Below are positions 27,067 to 37,261 of a stretch of DNA of 64,000 bases, one piece after another. Position 1 is the stretch's first letter; each line of letters opens with the position of its first letter. Source of the DNA: Candidatus Desulfaltia sp. GTDB taxonomy: Bacteria > Acidobacteriota > Aminicenantia > Aminicenantales > UBA8522. Below the pieces are notes generated by a model that was not told the origin of the DNA, searched no databases, and was given only the letters and a program-made list of their open reading frames with translations. The stretch spans positions 3,812-67,811 of the forward strand of contig DATKXS010000151.1 in the NCBI GenBank assembly GCA_035528895.1, read 5' to 3'. The position numbers and the translations under genes are program-made.

Positions 27067-28842
27067 TTACTGGGTGAGCTTGGCCTTCAGATGGCGGATG
27101 GGCAGCGCCCCGTAGCTTAACAGCTTCTGCAGGAACTCCTTCTGGCTGAACGCTTCGCCCTTCATCTTTTTGTAGTCCTTCTCCATATCCAAGATCTCTT
27201 GGTAGCCGATGTAGGCATAGGCCGCATCGCAGGGCTTTAGCAAGATCCGGTTCCATTTCCATTCCGCTTCGGCTGGGGTTTGAAAGCCTCCGGCCGTCAT
27301 ATACTGGATCGCCTGTTCCTTGGTCATTCCGCCCTGGTGAATGTTGAGCTCCAGATTAAAGTCCATGACCATCTTGAGCTGGCTTTTCAGCTGGTTCAGC
27401 CGGAGTCGGAGGTCGTAATTGCCGAATCCTTCGAAAACCAGCATCTCCTCCAGACAAACAGGCCAGCCCTTGATGAGCGGCATGTTGGGATACAACTTCT
27501 CCAGCAGGGAACTGGATTTCTGGGTGAAGAACGTGGGGACGAACCAACCCGGAAAGATCTGCCGGACCGTCCACCAGGGGAAATAGAGGATGTTGTACTC
27601 TTCCAAAAGGGATACAGCCTGGTCGGCCGACAGGTCCTCAGGAATCGGAGAAACCTGGACGGTATAAGATCCTCCGGTTTCGTAGGGACCGGGGCTCAGC
27701 AGGCGAGTCCAGCAGATTCCTTGTTCGGCCGTCGGCATCGGCTCGATGGCCAGCTCGACATCAGGCAGGGTGATGAGCCCTTTCTTGGAAATAAATGATT
27801 GGATGGATTCTACGCTCGCCCTGGCCTGGTCGACGAAGTCTTCCTTGGTGGGATGGTCCTCTTTTATTTTGTCGAAGACGCCCTTGATAAAAATGTTCCT
27901 GAGCTGTTCTTCGTTGTACTGGGTCGAGAGCTGCTCCATGCTGATATTGGGATACATGATCCTGTAGAAAGGCATGGAGACAATGGCCATCTCCCGGCGG
28001 ATGTTGTTGTAATCGGCCTTGGCCCGGGCCACCAGCTCCGCTCCCGGGATGCTGAACTCGCCGGTGAGGGTGAGGAGCCGCGAATGGGCCTGTTCGCCTA
28101 GCCGGAAGTTGCCCGTGGACTTGGGAAGGAGCTGGGTCTGGAGGAACGACTGGTAGTCTTCCAGCGCAGGGATGATCTTGGCCCATTCGGCCTGGAACTT
28201 GGTCTTCATCTCGGGCGAGGCCGGCTCGATGAGCGTGGGGACCTCGACTTTGTAGAAATCCATGATCCCGGGGAATTGTTTGATGGCCGTTTCGGTGTAG
28301 ATTTGGGGCGGGGTCTGGAGGTTCTCCTTGGCTTTCTTGATGAGGTTGGGGAGATTCTTGGCCCTTTCGACGGCGCTCTTCATCCGGGAGTCCAGAGGAG
28401 CGAATTCCCTGGTCAGGAGGCTCCGGATGCTGTTCAAGAAGAGCTGGTTGTAGAAGATGGGGTTGTATTGCCAGGGGAGGATGTTCTCATGGCGGATTAT
28501 CTCCAGGTCGATGGCGTTCCTCATGATATTGTAATCGATCTGGGCATCGTCGCCGAGTTTGGCCTTGTCCGTTTTGGCCACCAGTTCCTGGCTGAACGCG
28601 TCCAGCTCGTCGTGGTGCTTCTCGATATTCTTATCGCTCAGGTCCTCGAGCTTGTCATCGTATTTGTGAAAGCCGGCCAGGGTCGCGGCCGTCGGGTAGA
28701 ATTTCCAGTAGGCGTCGAGATAGTTGTCCATCGTCTTCTGGAACTTGGCCTCTTCCTGGTTTTGCGAGGAGAGCAAAAAACTCAGGCCCAAGAGTGAAAA
28801 AACGAAGACAAAAAGGATCAAGGGAACGGTCCGTTTTCTCAT
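27067..28842 (-). CDS. Secreted hypothetical protein (about 590 aa; possibly DUF885-like)
   Basis: N-terminal signal peptide MRKRTVPLILFVFVFSLLGLSFLLS. The mature protein is a mixed alpha/beta protein without recognisable catalytic motifs. The DUF885 assignment is a weak recollection only. The track ORF is over-extended to 28947. Confidence 0.35.
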   Translation of the reverse strand: MRKRTVPLILFVFVFSLLGLSFLLSSQNQEEAKFQKTMDNYLDAYWKFYPTAATLAGFHKYDDKLEDLSDKNIEKHHDELDAFSQELVAKTDKAKLGDDAQIDYNIMRNAIDLEIIRHENILPWQYNPIFYNQLFLNSIRSLLTREFAPLDSRMKSAVERAKNLPNLIKKAKENLQTPPQIYTETAIKQFPGIMDFYKVEVPTLIEPASPEMKTKFQAEWAKIIPALEDYQSFLQTQLLPKSTGNFRLGEQAHSRLLTLTGEFSIPGAELVARAKADYNNIRREMAIVSMPFYRIMYPNISMEQLSTQYNEEQLRNIFIKGVFDKIKEDHPTKEDFVDQARASVESIQSFISKKGLITLPDVELAIEPMPTAEQGICWTRLLSPGPYETGGSYTVQVSPIPEDLSADQAVSLLEEYNILYFPWWTVRQIFPGWFVPTFFTQKSSSLLEKLYPNMPLIKGWPVCLEEMLVFEGFGNYDLRLRLNQLKSQLKMVMDFNLELNIHQGGMTKEQAIQYMTAGGFQTPAEAEWKWNRILLKPCDAAYAYIGYQEILDMEKDYKKMKGEAFSQKEFLQKLLSYGALPIRHLKAKLTQ

Positions 28843-28940
28843 CGAAACCTCCTTCATTATATGTACAAAACTCGGCCGGAAAAATTCCTCGCAGAGAATC
28901 CTACCATAAAAAGACGGGTGAATCCAAGAAGGTTTTTTGT

Positions 28941-29942
28941 TCACCATCGCAGGAGTGCGGACGCCCAGGTATAGCCGGAGCCGAAGGCCGTCAGCGCGAC
29001 CACGTCACCGGGCTTGATACGGCCTTCCTGAACGGCCTCGTCGAGAGCGATGGGGATGGACGCGGCCGTCGTGTTGCCGTACTTGTGGATGTTGCGCATG
29101 ACTTTGTCCAAGGGGATTTTGAGGCTATGGGCCACCATCTGGCTGATCCGGTCATTGGCCTGGTGGGGGATGAGCAGGGCGATATCCTCCACCGTGAGGC
29201 CGTTGTGCCGGAGGGCCACTCGGACGGCTTCCGGCATCTTGGCCGAGGCGTTCTTGAAAACGTTCTTGCCGTCCATATAGGGAAAGAACTTTTTGGCCCG
29301 GGCCATCTCTTCCGTGACGCAGGGCTTGTCCAAGCAGCTGGGCTTTTCCAGCCAAAGGTCGGTCAGGTGGCGGCCGTCGGCAAAAAGATGGGTGGAGAGG
29401 ATACCCCTTCCATCATCCCGGCCATTCGGCTCGAGGATGACGGCCGCCGCGCCATCCCCGAAAAGGACGGCCATGTCCCGGCCTTCGTCCGCATAATTGA
29501 GGTTGGTCGATTGGACTTCGGCGGCCACCAGCAAGATTTTTTTATAAGTTCCCGTCCGGATATACTGGTCGGCGACCGAAAGGGCGTAGATGAAACCCGA
29601 GCACTGGTTCCGGATATCGACGGCCCCGATCGGGGCCAGATCCAGCTTGGCCTGAACCAGGACGCCGATGCCGGGAAAATAGTGGTCGGGAGAAAGAGTG
29701 GCGGCGATGATCAGGTCGATCTCCGACTTGTCGGTGCCGGAGCCGGCGATCGCTCGCCGGGCGGCTTCAGCGGCCAGGTCCGAGGTCCCGACTCCGGGGT
29801 CGACATGATGCCTTTCGATGATTCCCGTCCGCTGGCGGATCCATTCATCGGAGGTGTCCATCAGCTTTTCAAGGTCGAAGTTGGTGACCACTCGGGGAGG
29901 GACATAGTGGGCGATTCCCGTGATGATGGCTCTTTTGTTCAT
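28941..29942 (-). CDS. fabH: 3-oxoacyl-[ACP] synthase III (FabH)
   Basis: MNKRAIITGIAHYVP start. Active-site Cys in NQCSGFIYAL, plus His/Asn regions (LIPHQANDRI, GNTTAASIP). Confidence 0.85.
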   Translation of the reverse strand: MNKRAIITGIAHYVPPRVVTNFDLEKLMDTSDEWIRQRTGIIERHHVDPGVGTSDLAAEAARRAIAGSGTDKSEIDLIIAATLSPDHYFPGIGVLVQAKLDLAPIGAVDIRNQCSGFIYALSVADQYIRTGTYKKILLVAAEVQSTNLNYADEGRDMAVLFGDGAAAVILEPNGRDDGRGILSTHLFADGRHLTDLWLEKPSCLDKPCVTEEMARAKKFFPYMDGKNVFKNASAKMPEAVRVALRHNGLTVEDIALLIPHQANDRISQMVAHSLKIPLDKVMRNIHKYGNTTAASIPIALDEAVQEGRIKPGDVVALTAFGSGYTWASALLRW

Positions 29943-30153
29943 CCGTGCGGCCACCATTATAATGGATGAATTTTTAAAAATAAAGGAGATTATTGCGGCC
30001 GCAAGAGCGGCTCCCCTCGAAAAACGCCTCGGGAAGGCTAAACCTTCGAGGTCGCTTCTCCATTCCCAAGTTATTCATCACATAAAGGGAAATGCTTACG
30101 ATTTATTAGGTTCCGCTTGACGGACGGCCTTCCCAGAGGTAGGATAATTTTCA

Positions 30154-30663
30154 GTGGAGACGCAGGCGAAGAGAATGTGGATGAAAAAGCGGCGTTTTCT
30201 GTGGCCTTCTGTCCTCTGCCTGGCGCTGCTCGGCCTTCTCGGCGCTCAGGAGGATTTCCTCAGGGTCGAGGCCTCCATCGTTCCCCGCAAACTCTCCCGG
30301 GGGGAAGAAGGGGCGGTCATCCTGAAGCTGAGCCTCCAGGCGGGGATCATGGTCAGCCCGAAGCCTGATTTCACCATCGAGTTCAAGCCCTGCCCCGAGC
30401 TCGTCTTTCCCAAAAATTTTTACAACGCGACCGACCTGGAAATCGAGATTGAAGAGCAGGATGGACAGGAATCGCTCGACCTCCAGAAGGCCATCCGCGT
30501 CCCCTTCACCGTGAGTGAAGAAGCGGGAAAGGGAAGCCATATCCTGGAAGGACGGATCAAATATTTCGCTCGGTCTCAAGAAGAGGATTGGTGTGTCAAA
30601 ACCAGCGCCAAGTTCTTCGTGCCTTTCTTCACCCGCTCGACTTCGGTCAAGAAAAAAGCCTGA
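30154..30663 (+). CDS. Secreted hypothetical protein
   Basis: Signal peptide (MKKRRFLWPSVLCLALLGLLGAQ) followed by a beta-rich 140-aa domain. No family recognised. Confidence 0.35.
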   Translation: METQAKRMWMKKRRFLWPSVLCLALLGLLGAQEDFLRVEASIVPRKLSRGEEGAVILKLSLQAGIMVSPKPDFTIEFKPCPELVFPKNFYNATDLEIEIEEQDGQESLDLQKAIRVPFTVSEEAGKGSHILEGRIKYFARSQEEDWCVKTSAKFFVPFFTRSTSVKKKA

Positions 30664-30669
30664 GATCCT

Positions 30670-31636
30670 TCATATCCATTTCCGGGCGATATACCAGGCC
30701 ATGGTTTCTTCCACCCCCTGCTCCAGCGTATAGCGGGGTTTGAAGGAGAGGATCTCGGTGGCTTTCCTGACGTCTACCAGCCATCCCGGCTGGATGAAGT
30801 CGCGGTACTTATCACGGTTAAAAAGCCCGGGGTTGCGGGTCAGATGGTAGCCGGCCTCAGACAAAAGGGTGAAAAGATAGATCAGGCCATAGGGAATCCT
30901 GATCCTCCGGCATTTCTTTCCCAGCGCCGCCGCGGCCGCCCTGCCCAGGTCTTCCCAGGTACAGGGCTCGGCATTGGCGATGTTGAAGATCTCTCCGCTC
31001 GGCGATGATGTCTGCCCGCAGAGGTAGAGGGCTTCAACCAGATCCTGAACGTAGATGATACTCGCCTCTTTCCTTTCCTTGAAGCTGAGGAAGATTCCTC
31101 GCGCCGCCATCTTGAAAAAGCCGAGGAAGTCCCGGTCCAGGGGCCCGAAAACCGCGCTCGCCCTGACGATGGTGAGGGGAAACTGGTCCTTGAAGTTGAG
31201 GGCTTCCTCCTCGCCGTGTAGCTTGCTCCTGCCATAATGGGTGATCGGTCGCGGCCGGTCGCCCTCCAGGACGGCTCGACGGCCGTCCGACGGGCCGGCC
31301 GCAGCCTGGCTGCTGAGAATGACGACCTTGGGGCGTTCTTTGAGGCTCCGGAGGGAGCGGAACAGACTTGCCGTGCCTTGCCGGTTTACAGTATAATAAT
31401 CAGCCGCTTTCAGGGATCGTGTTTTGCCGGCGAGGTGGAACACGAAGTCGAGGCCGGCCGGAAGCGCAGGGATAGAGAAGAGGTCCCCCCTCAGCACTCG
31501 GGCCTTCTTTTCAAGGAGGGCCGGTTCTTTTTCCGGGTTCCGGACGAGGACGAAGACCTCCACATCCCTGGCCAGGAGGAGATCGACGAGATGGCTTCCG
31601 ACGAAGCCGGTTCCACCGGTGAGAAAGGCCCTCATC
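30670..31636 (-). CDS. NAD-dependent epimerase/dehydratase (SDR family)
   Basis: MRAFLTGGTGFVGSHLV Rossmann motif (TGGTGFxG) and a YxxxK region (HYGRSK). The track ORF extends upstream to 31785. Confidence 0.7.
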
Positions 31637-31707
31637 GTCCCGATTCTATGAAATTTATCTGTCCCGGTCAATGGCGACCGAAGCGGAGGAGACGAACAAT
31701 TAAGCAC

Positions 31708-33498
31708 ATGGCAGCGCTCATCGTCATCATGGGGATATTTTTCGGCCTTGTTCAGGCGTCCACCCTGACTATGCCTCTGGAGCAAGTGAAGCCGGGCATG
31801 AAGGGGAAGGGCAAGACCGTTTTATTGGGCGGTGACATCAAGGAATTCGACGCCGAGATCCTGGGCATCATCGAGAACAACCAGCCCAAAAGGAGCATCA
31901 TCCTGGCCAAGCTCTCCGGCCAGGGCCTGGAGAACACCGGGATCATCCAGGGCATGAGCGGAAGCCCCATCTACATCGAAGGCAAGCTCATCGGAGCGGT
32001 CGCCTACTCCTTTCCCTTCGCCAAGGAACCGATCGCCGGGATCACGCCGATCGCTGAAATGCTGGCCATTTCCGAACAGCCCGTTCAGGGCAAGCCTTCC
32101 GCCGTATCGTCTCTTCCCTTCCGCGCGAGTCTGTCATTGGCCGACCTCATGGCCTTCCACAAGGACCTCGCGACTGCGCGTCCGTCCCTGCTCTCCCAGG
32201 GGCAAACGATGGCTCCGATCGGCGTTCCGCTTGTCTTCGGGGGGTTTACTCCGGCGATCATCGAGGAGACCAGGCCGCTGTTCACCCGTTCGGGATTCAA
32301 CCCAATGAGCTTGGGCTCTGCGGCCCAGACTGCAGCCGCTGTGCCTGAGGCCGGAACGACCCTGCGGGAAGGGGACCCGGTGGCCGTCGAGCTGGTCGGC
32401 GGTGACCTGAGTGCGGCCGCAATCGGGACGGTGACGCATGTCGACGGGGAGCGGGTCCTGGCTTTTGGTCATCCTCTTTATAATCTGGGCAAGGTTGACT
32501 ATGCGATGGCCAAGGCGAACGTCCTAGGCGTGATCCCGAGCCTCCAGAACTCGTTCAAACTGGCTGCGGTGGGCGTCCGGTTGGGACGGTTCTCTCAGGA
32601 CCGGACGGCCGGCCTGCTGGGCGAGCTGGGCAAGATGCCTCAGTCTGTGCCGTTGGGAATCCGCCTCCTCGAGACCACCGGCCGGGCTAAGGAATTTAAG
32701 GTCGAACTGGCCAATGATAGGATCCTGACTCCGCTGCTGGTGAACATGACGGTGGCTTCCCTTCTGTCGAGCGAAGAGCGCTCTCTGGGCGACCTTTCCT
32801 TTGCCCTCGACGGCGATGTCTATCTGGACAACGGCGCCAGCGTCCATCTCGAGGACCTTTTCTCCGGAAACCTCGACACGGCCACGACGGGCCTCAGCGG
32901 CCTGCTCACCGCCGTCGTCTACTACCTGACCAACAATGAGTTCCAGGCGCTCGGGATTCATCGTCTCACGCTGACCATCCGTGCCCTGGAAGAGGCCAAG
33001 TTCTGCGCCCTGGAACGGGTCTGGTTGGATAAGTACGAGGTCTCGGCGGGCGAACGCATCCAGGTGAAGATCTATTGCCGGGCCTTCGGCGGACAGAACT
33101 TCGAGGAGGAGATCACGGTCGAAGCCCCGCCCCTTCCGGCCGGATCGGAATTCAATCTGATCATTGCCGATGCCGCCTCCGTTCAGCAGGTGGAGACCCT
33201 CCAGTATCGGAGCCAGGATTTCGTGCCTCGCAGCCTGGGCCAGCTGATCCGCATCCTCAACAATCTGCGCAAGCATAACCGGGTCTACTTCAAGATGATG
33301 GCCTCCAAGCCGGGCCTCTTCGTCAAGGGGGAGGAGATGCCGAACCTGCCGCCCTCGATGAAATCCCTGTTTGCCTCCCCGCGGGCGGCCGCCTCTCTGC
33401 CCACCGAATTGACGCGATCCACACTCCGGGAATACCAGCTTCCCATTCCCTATGTCTTTCGCGGGATGGTCTCGATTCCCGTCAAGATCAAAAAATAG
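31708..33498 (+). CDS. Peptidase S55 (SpoIVB-like) domain protein, secreted
   Basis: The signal peptide MAALIVIMGIFFGLVQAS and the motif GIIQGMSGSPIYIEGKLIGAV closely match the SpoIVB catalytic-serine block (GIVQGMSGSPII). No His lies N-terminal to the Ser, so the catalytic arrangement is uncertain. An alternative start exists at 31648. Confidence 0.45.
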   Translation: MAALIVIMGIFFGLVQASTLTMPLEQVKPGMKGKGKTVLLGGDIKEFDAEILGIIENNQPKRSIILAKLSGQGLENTGIIQGMSGSPIYIEGKLIGAVAYSFPFAKEPIAGITPIAEMLAISEQPVQGKPSAVSSLPFRASLSLADLMAFHKDLATARPSLLSQGQTMAPIGVPLVFGGFTPAIIEETRPLFTRSGFNPMSLGSAAQTAAAVPEAGTTLREGDPVAVELVGGDLSAAAIGTVTHVDGERVLAFGHPLYNLGKVDYAMAKANVLGVIPSLQNSFKLAAVGVRLGRFSQDRTAGLLGELGKMPQSVPLGIRLLETTGRAKEFKVELANDRILTPLLVNMTVASLLSSEERSLGDLSFALDGDVYLDNGASVHLEDLFSGNLDTATTGLSGLLTAVVYYLTNNEFQALGIHRLTLTIRALEEAKFCALERVWLDKYEVSAGERIQVKIYCRAFGGQNFEEEITVEAPPLPAGSEFNLIIADAASVQQVETLQYRSQDFVPRSLGQLIRILNNLRKHNRVYFKMMASKPGLFVKGEEMPNLPPSMKSLFASPRAAASLPTELTRSTLREYQLPIPYVFRGMVSIPVKIKK

Positions 33499-33509
33499 GA
33501 GAGCCGGGA

Positions 33510-35680
33510 TGAGAAAGTACCGAAGCCTGATAATTATAGTTTTTATCGGAATAGTCGGAATGACGCTGCCGCTCGAGGCCGTGGTCCCCCGCAAATGGGA
33601 AATCCGGACCAAGGACGATTTCCTCAAGGGCAAGCTGGACGGCCTCTCCGTGACTTTCGAGGGGGTCATCTCCCTGGCCCCTGAGGAAGGCAAGCTGGAC
33701 GGACCGGCGGAGGACTTCTATCTCTCCTTTCTTCCCCGACCGGACGGCACCGGATTTCTCGGCACCGGACACGGCGGCAGGGTCTACAGTATCGGCAAGG
33801 ACGGTAAGGTCGAGCTCTATTTCCAGGCCCAGGAGATGGATGTCACCTGTCTGGCCATGGACTCCAAGGGCATGCTGTTCGCGGGAACTTCCCCCAACGG
33901 CAAGGTCTACAAGATCACCGGAAAAGACCAGGCCGCCGCGTTTTTCAACCCCGGGGAGAAATATATCTGGGACCTGGTATTTGCTGACGACGGCTCTCTG
34001 ATGGCCGCGGTCGGGGAAGCGGGAGGAATCTACAGGATCAGTCCGGAGGGAGAGGGCCAGCGGGTCCTCAAGGCTGAGGAAAACCATATCCTCTGTCTCC
34101 ACAAGGGCGGCCAGGGAGATTTCCTGGCTGGAAGCGGCGGCGTCGGCGTCGTCTATCGTCTCAGCGCCGCTGGCCGCGCCACGGTCCTGTTCGAATCCTC
34201 CTACGAGGAGATCAAGAGCCTGGCCGTTGACGGGGACGGAAACATCTACGCGGCCTGCGGCGGGACGCCGACACGGACAAAAAAAGAGGAACCTTCTGAC
34301 TTGCCCGTCCGGATCTCCACGGAAGTGACCGTATCGGCCGGCGCTCCGGCCCCGACCGGAGTGCGTTCGCCGGCAGGCTCGAGCTCAACAGCGAAGGAGC
34401 CGGGCGCACTCTTCCGGGTCCGGCCCGACGGCATCGCCAAGAAGCTGTGGGAGTCCGAGGACGAGCTCATTTACTCTTTGCTCTGGAAAGAAAAGGAAAA
34501 GAGGCTCCTTTTCGGGACAGGAGACCAGGGTCGCATCTACACCGTCGACCGGGAAGAAAAAATCTCGCTCCTTCTCCAGGGCAACTCCGAGCAGATGTAT
34601 GCGCTCGAACCCGTCGACACCAAAATTTGCGTACTGGCCGATAATCCCGCCCGGTTGCTGATCCTTTCCGCCGAACAGAGGTTCAACGGAGAGTATATCA
34701 GCGATGTCCTGGATGCCCGGACCATGTCCTCCTGGGGACGGCTGGAATTCGACGGGCTGATTCCCGCAGGCACAACCATCCAGATCCAGACGCGGAGCGG
34801 CAACTCCTTCGAACCGAACAGCATGTGGAGCGACTGGTCCCCGCCCATCCAGAAAAAAGAAGAGCAGATCCTGAGCCCCAAGGCCCGGTATCTCCAGTTC
34901 AAGGCCCTGCTCAAAACCCAGTCCGGCAATGCCTCGCCCCAGTTGCAACGGGTCTCGCTTTTCTACCTCCAGACGAATATCGCCCCTCTCGTCCAAAGCC
35001 TGACCCTGCTGCCTCCCAATGAGGTCTACCTCAAGCCTCCCGACCAGGAAGAGGTCATCTGGGGAGCGGAAGAATCCGCGGCCGGCGGGGAAGAAAAGAA
35101 AAAGGATGACCGCTCCGTCTTTATGGGCAAAAAGGTCGAGCGCAAAGGGTTTCAAACCATGACCTGGGAGGTGACCGACGAGAACGGGGACCGACTTCTC
35201 TACACGATTTCGATCAAAAAAGAAGGAGAGACGGCCTGGCGGGTGGTCAAGGACGCCTGGACGGAGTCCCTGATCGCCATCGACACACTGTCCTATCCCG
35301 ACGGTGTCTATTTCCTTAAGCTCGAAGCCGGCGACTTGGGCTCCAATCCTCCGGGTTCAGAGCTCAGGGCGGAAAAGATCAGTCCCCCTCTGGTCATCGA
35401 TAATTCCCTTCCGGTGGTCAAGAACTTCACCGCCACCCGAGCGGGGAATGCGCTCGACGTCGCCTTTCAAGTGGAGGATTCCTTTTCCTCGATCCAGGAG
35501 GTCGAGTATCTCGTCCGGCCAGGTGACTGGCGGGTGGTCTTTCCGGTCGACGGGATTTGTGATTCCAAGGTTGAGACCTTCAAGTTCCGGGTATCTCTGC
35601 CGCCCAACGCCGAGAATCTGGTCACCGTCCGGGTGACCGACCGCCATCACAACATCGGAGTCTACAGGCAGACCTTTTGA
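33510..35680 (+). CDS. Secreted beta-propeller repeat protein (about 720 aa)
   Basis: Signal peptide MRKYRSLIIIVFIGIVGMTL. Repeated G-x-GG-x-VYR/I blocks (GHGGRVYSI, PNGKVYKI, AGGIYRI, GVGVVYRL, DQGRIYTV) indicate a beta-propeller. The C-terminal region is beta-sandwich-like. It starts 12 nt after the S55-like gene. Confidence 0.4.
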
Positions 35681-35683
35681 TCT

Positions 35684-36250
35684 TCAGCCGCTCTTAGCCC
35701 GCTCGAGGTACTTGTCCTCCCGGGTGTCGATCCGGACGACGTCCCCCTCGTTGATGAACTGCGGGACGGTGACGACGAGTCCCGTCTCCAGAGTGGCGGG
35801 CTTGCTGCTGGCCGACTGGGTCGCGCCCTTGAGGAAAGGTTCGGTTCCAACCACCTTCAGTTCGACGGTCAGGGGAGGCCGGACGGCCACGGGCTTGCCC
35901 TCATAGAGCGCAATGGTAAAGACGATGTTGGGGACGAGATAGCGGACGCCGTCGCCGATGATCTCGGGAGAAAGACGGATCTGTTCATAGTTCTCCAAGT
36001 TCATGAAGACGCTGTCCTCGCCGGCTTTGTACAAGAACTCCATCTCCGCCTCTTCAAGAAAGGCCTGCTCCACCCGGTCCTCGGAGCGGAACCGGAAATT
36101 GAGCAGGCTTCCGTCCTTGAGGTGGCGGAGCTTCGTCTGCATCATCGCCTTCCATCGTCCCGGCGTGACATGGGTGGCCTCGAGCACGCGGTAGAGCTGG
36201 CCTTCCAGGATGATGAGCATCCCCCTGCGGATCTGGGTCGCGTTAATCAT
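35684..36250 (-). CDS. efp: Elongation factor P
   Basis: 188 aa. MINATQIRRGMLIILEGQLYRVLE...KPATLETG... are canonical EF-P motifs, including the conserved loop with the modification-site Lys/Arg region. Confidence 0.9.
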   Translation of the reverse strand: MINATQIRRGMLIILEGQLYRVLEATHVTPGRWKAMMQTKLRHLKDGSLLNFRFRSEDRVEQAFLEEAEMEFLYKAGEDSVFMNLENYEQIRLSPEIIGDGVRYLVPNIVFTIALYEGKPVAVRPPLTVELKVVGTEPFLKGATQSASSKPATLETGLVVTVPQFINEGDVVRIDTREDKYLERAKSG

Positions 36251-36436
36251 CCGTCCTCCTCACAGCGTCATCCGTCGAGCAACACCCTCCTTTTTTAGCC
36301 GAACCACTCGCAGCTGTCAACCTCACGGCGGCGGCGCTCCCCGTTTTCCCTTGCTGACCCCACTTTTCGTTATAAAGTTGGCGGCGGTTGATTTTCGGGG
36401 CCGTTTCTCATTTAATAGGCTCTTCTGCCGGACACC

Positions 36437-37213
36437 ATGGCTGAAATTCATTTCCTGGGAACAGGTGGTTCAGTGACCACGCCTCAAAGGGACAATACCT
36501 CCGTGCTTCTTCGGACCGGAAGCGAGCTCATCCTCATCGACTGCCCCGGAAGCGTCGCCGCCAAGATCAGGAAGTTGGGATTCGAGCCGGGCCAGATCAC
36601 GACCGTCATTCTGACCCATATCCATCCGGACCATATCTATGGCCTGCCCTCGTTGGTCCATAGTCAGATGCTCATCGCCGGAGAGATCCGGGTCATGGGA
36701 TCGGAGGCGACCGTCGCCTTCAGCCGGCGTCTGCTCGATCTCTTCGGTTTGCGGCGCCGCAAGATAAGAACACGGGTCCGCTTCCGGGTCCTGCGGCCGG
36801 GTCAAACGGTCCGCCTCGAGGGGCCTTGTTCTGTCAGGACGCTCCCGGTGCCGCATCATCACTCTTCTCTGGCCTGCCATTTTTATCTGGAAGGTGAGGG
36901 GCGGGAGATCCTCTTTTCGGGTGATACGCCGGTCCATGAGCCGCTCTTTGCGGACGCCCGGGGAGTCGATTGCCTTGTTCATGATGCGAGCGCTCCTTCC
37001 CGCTATTTCAGGAGGTATCCCGCGCTGTCCCGCCTCCATACATCTTTTCTCGCCCTCGGCCGGTGGAGCCAGGAGGCGGGCGTGCGCTGTCTCGTCCCCT
37101 GCCATTTCCTGGCGGAGGCATCATGCTCCGCGGTCGAGGTGCGGCGCGAGATCCGGCGCCATTTCAAGGGACGGTTGATCGTGCCGCGGGATCTTCAGAG
37201 TATCCGGCTGTGA
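36437..37213 (+). CDS. MBL-fold metallo-hydrolase (RNase Z/ElaC-like)
   Basis: MAEIHFLGTGGS... and the HxHxDH motif (LTHIHPDHIYG). Confidence 0.7.
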   Translation: MAEIHFLGTGGSVTTPQRDNTSVLLRTGSELILIDCPGSVAAKIRKLGFEPGQITTVILTHIHPDHIYGLPSLVHSQMLIAGEIRVMGSEATVAFSRRLLDLFGLRRRKIRTRVRFRVLRPGQTVRLEGPCSVRTLPVPHHHSSLACHFYLEGEGREILFSGDTPVHEPLFADARGVDCLVHDASAPSRYFRRYPALSRLHTSFLALGRWSQEAGVRCLVPCHFLAEASCSAVEVRREIRRHFKGRLIVPRDLQSIRL

Positions 37214-37261
37214 CAAAGAGAGATGGATCGACCTTATGTCTTATCAAGGCAGGAGACAACC

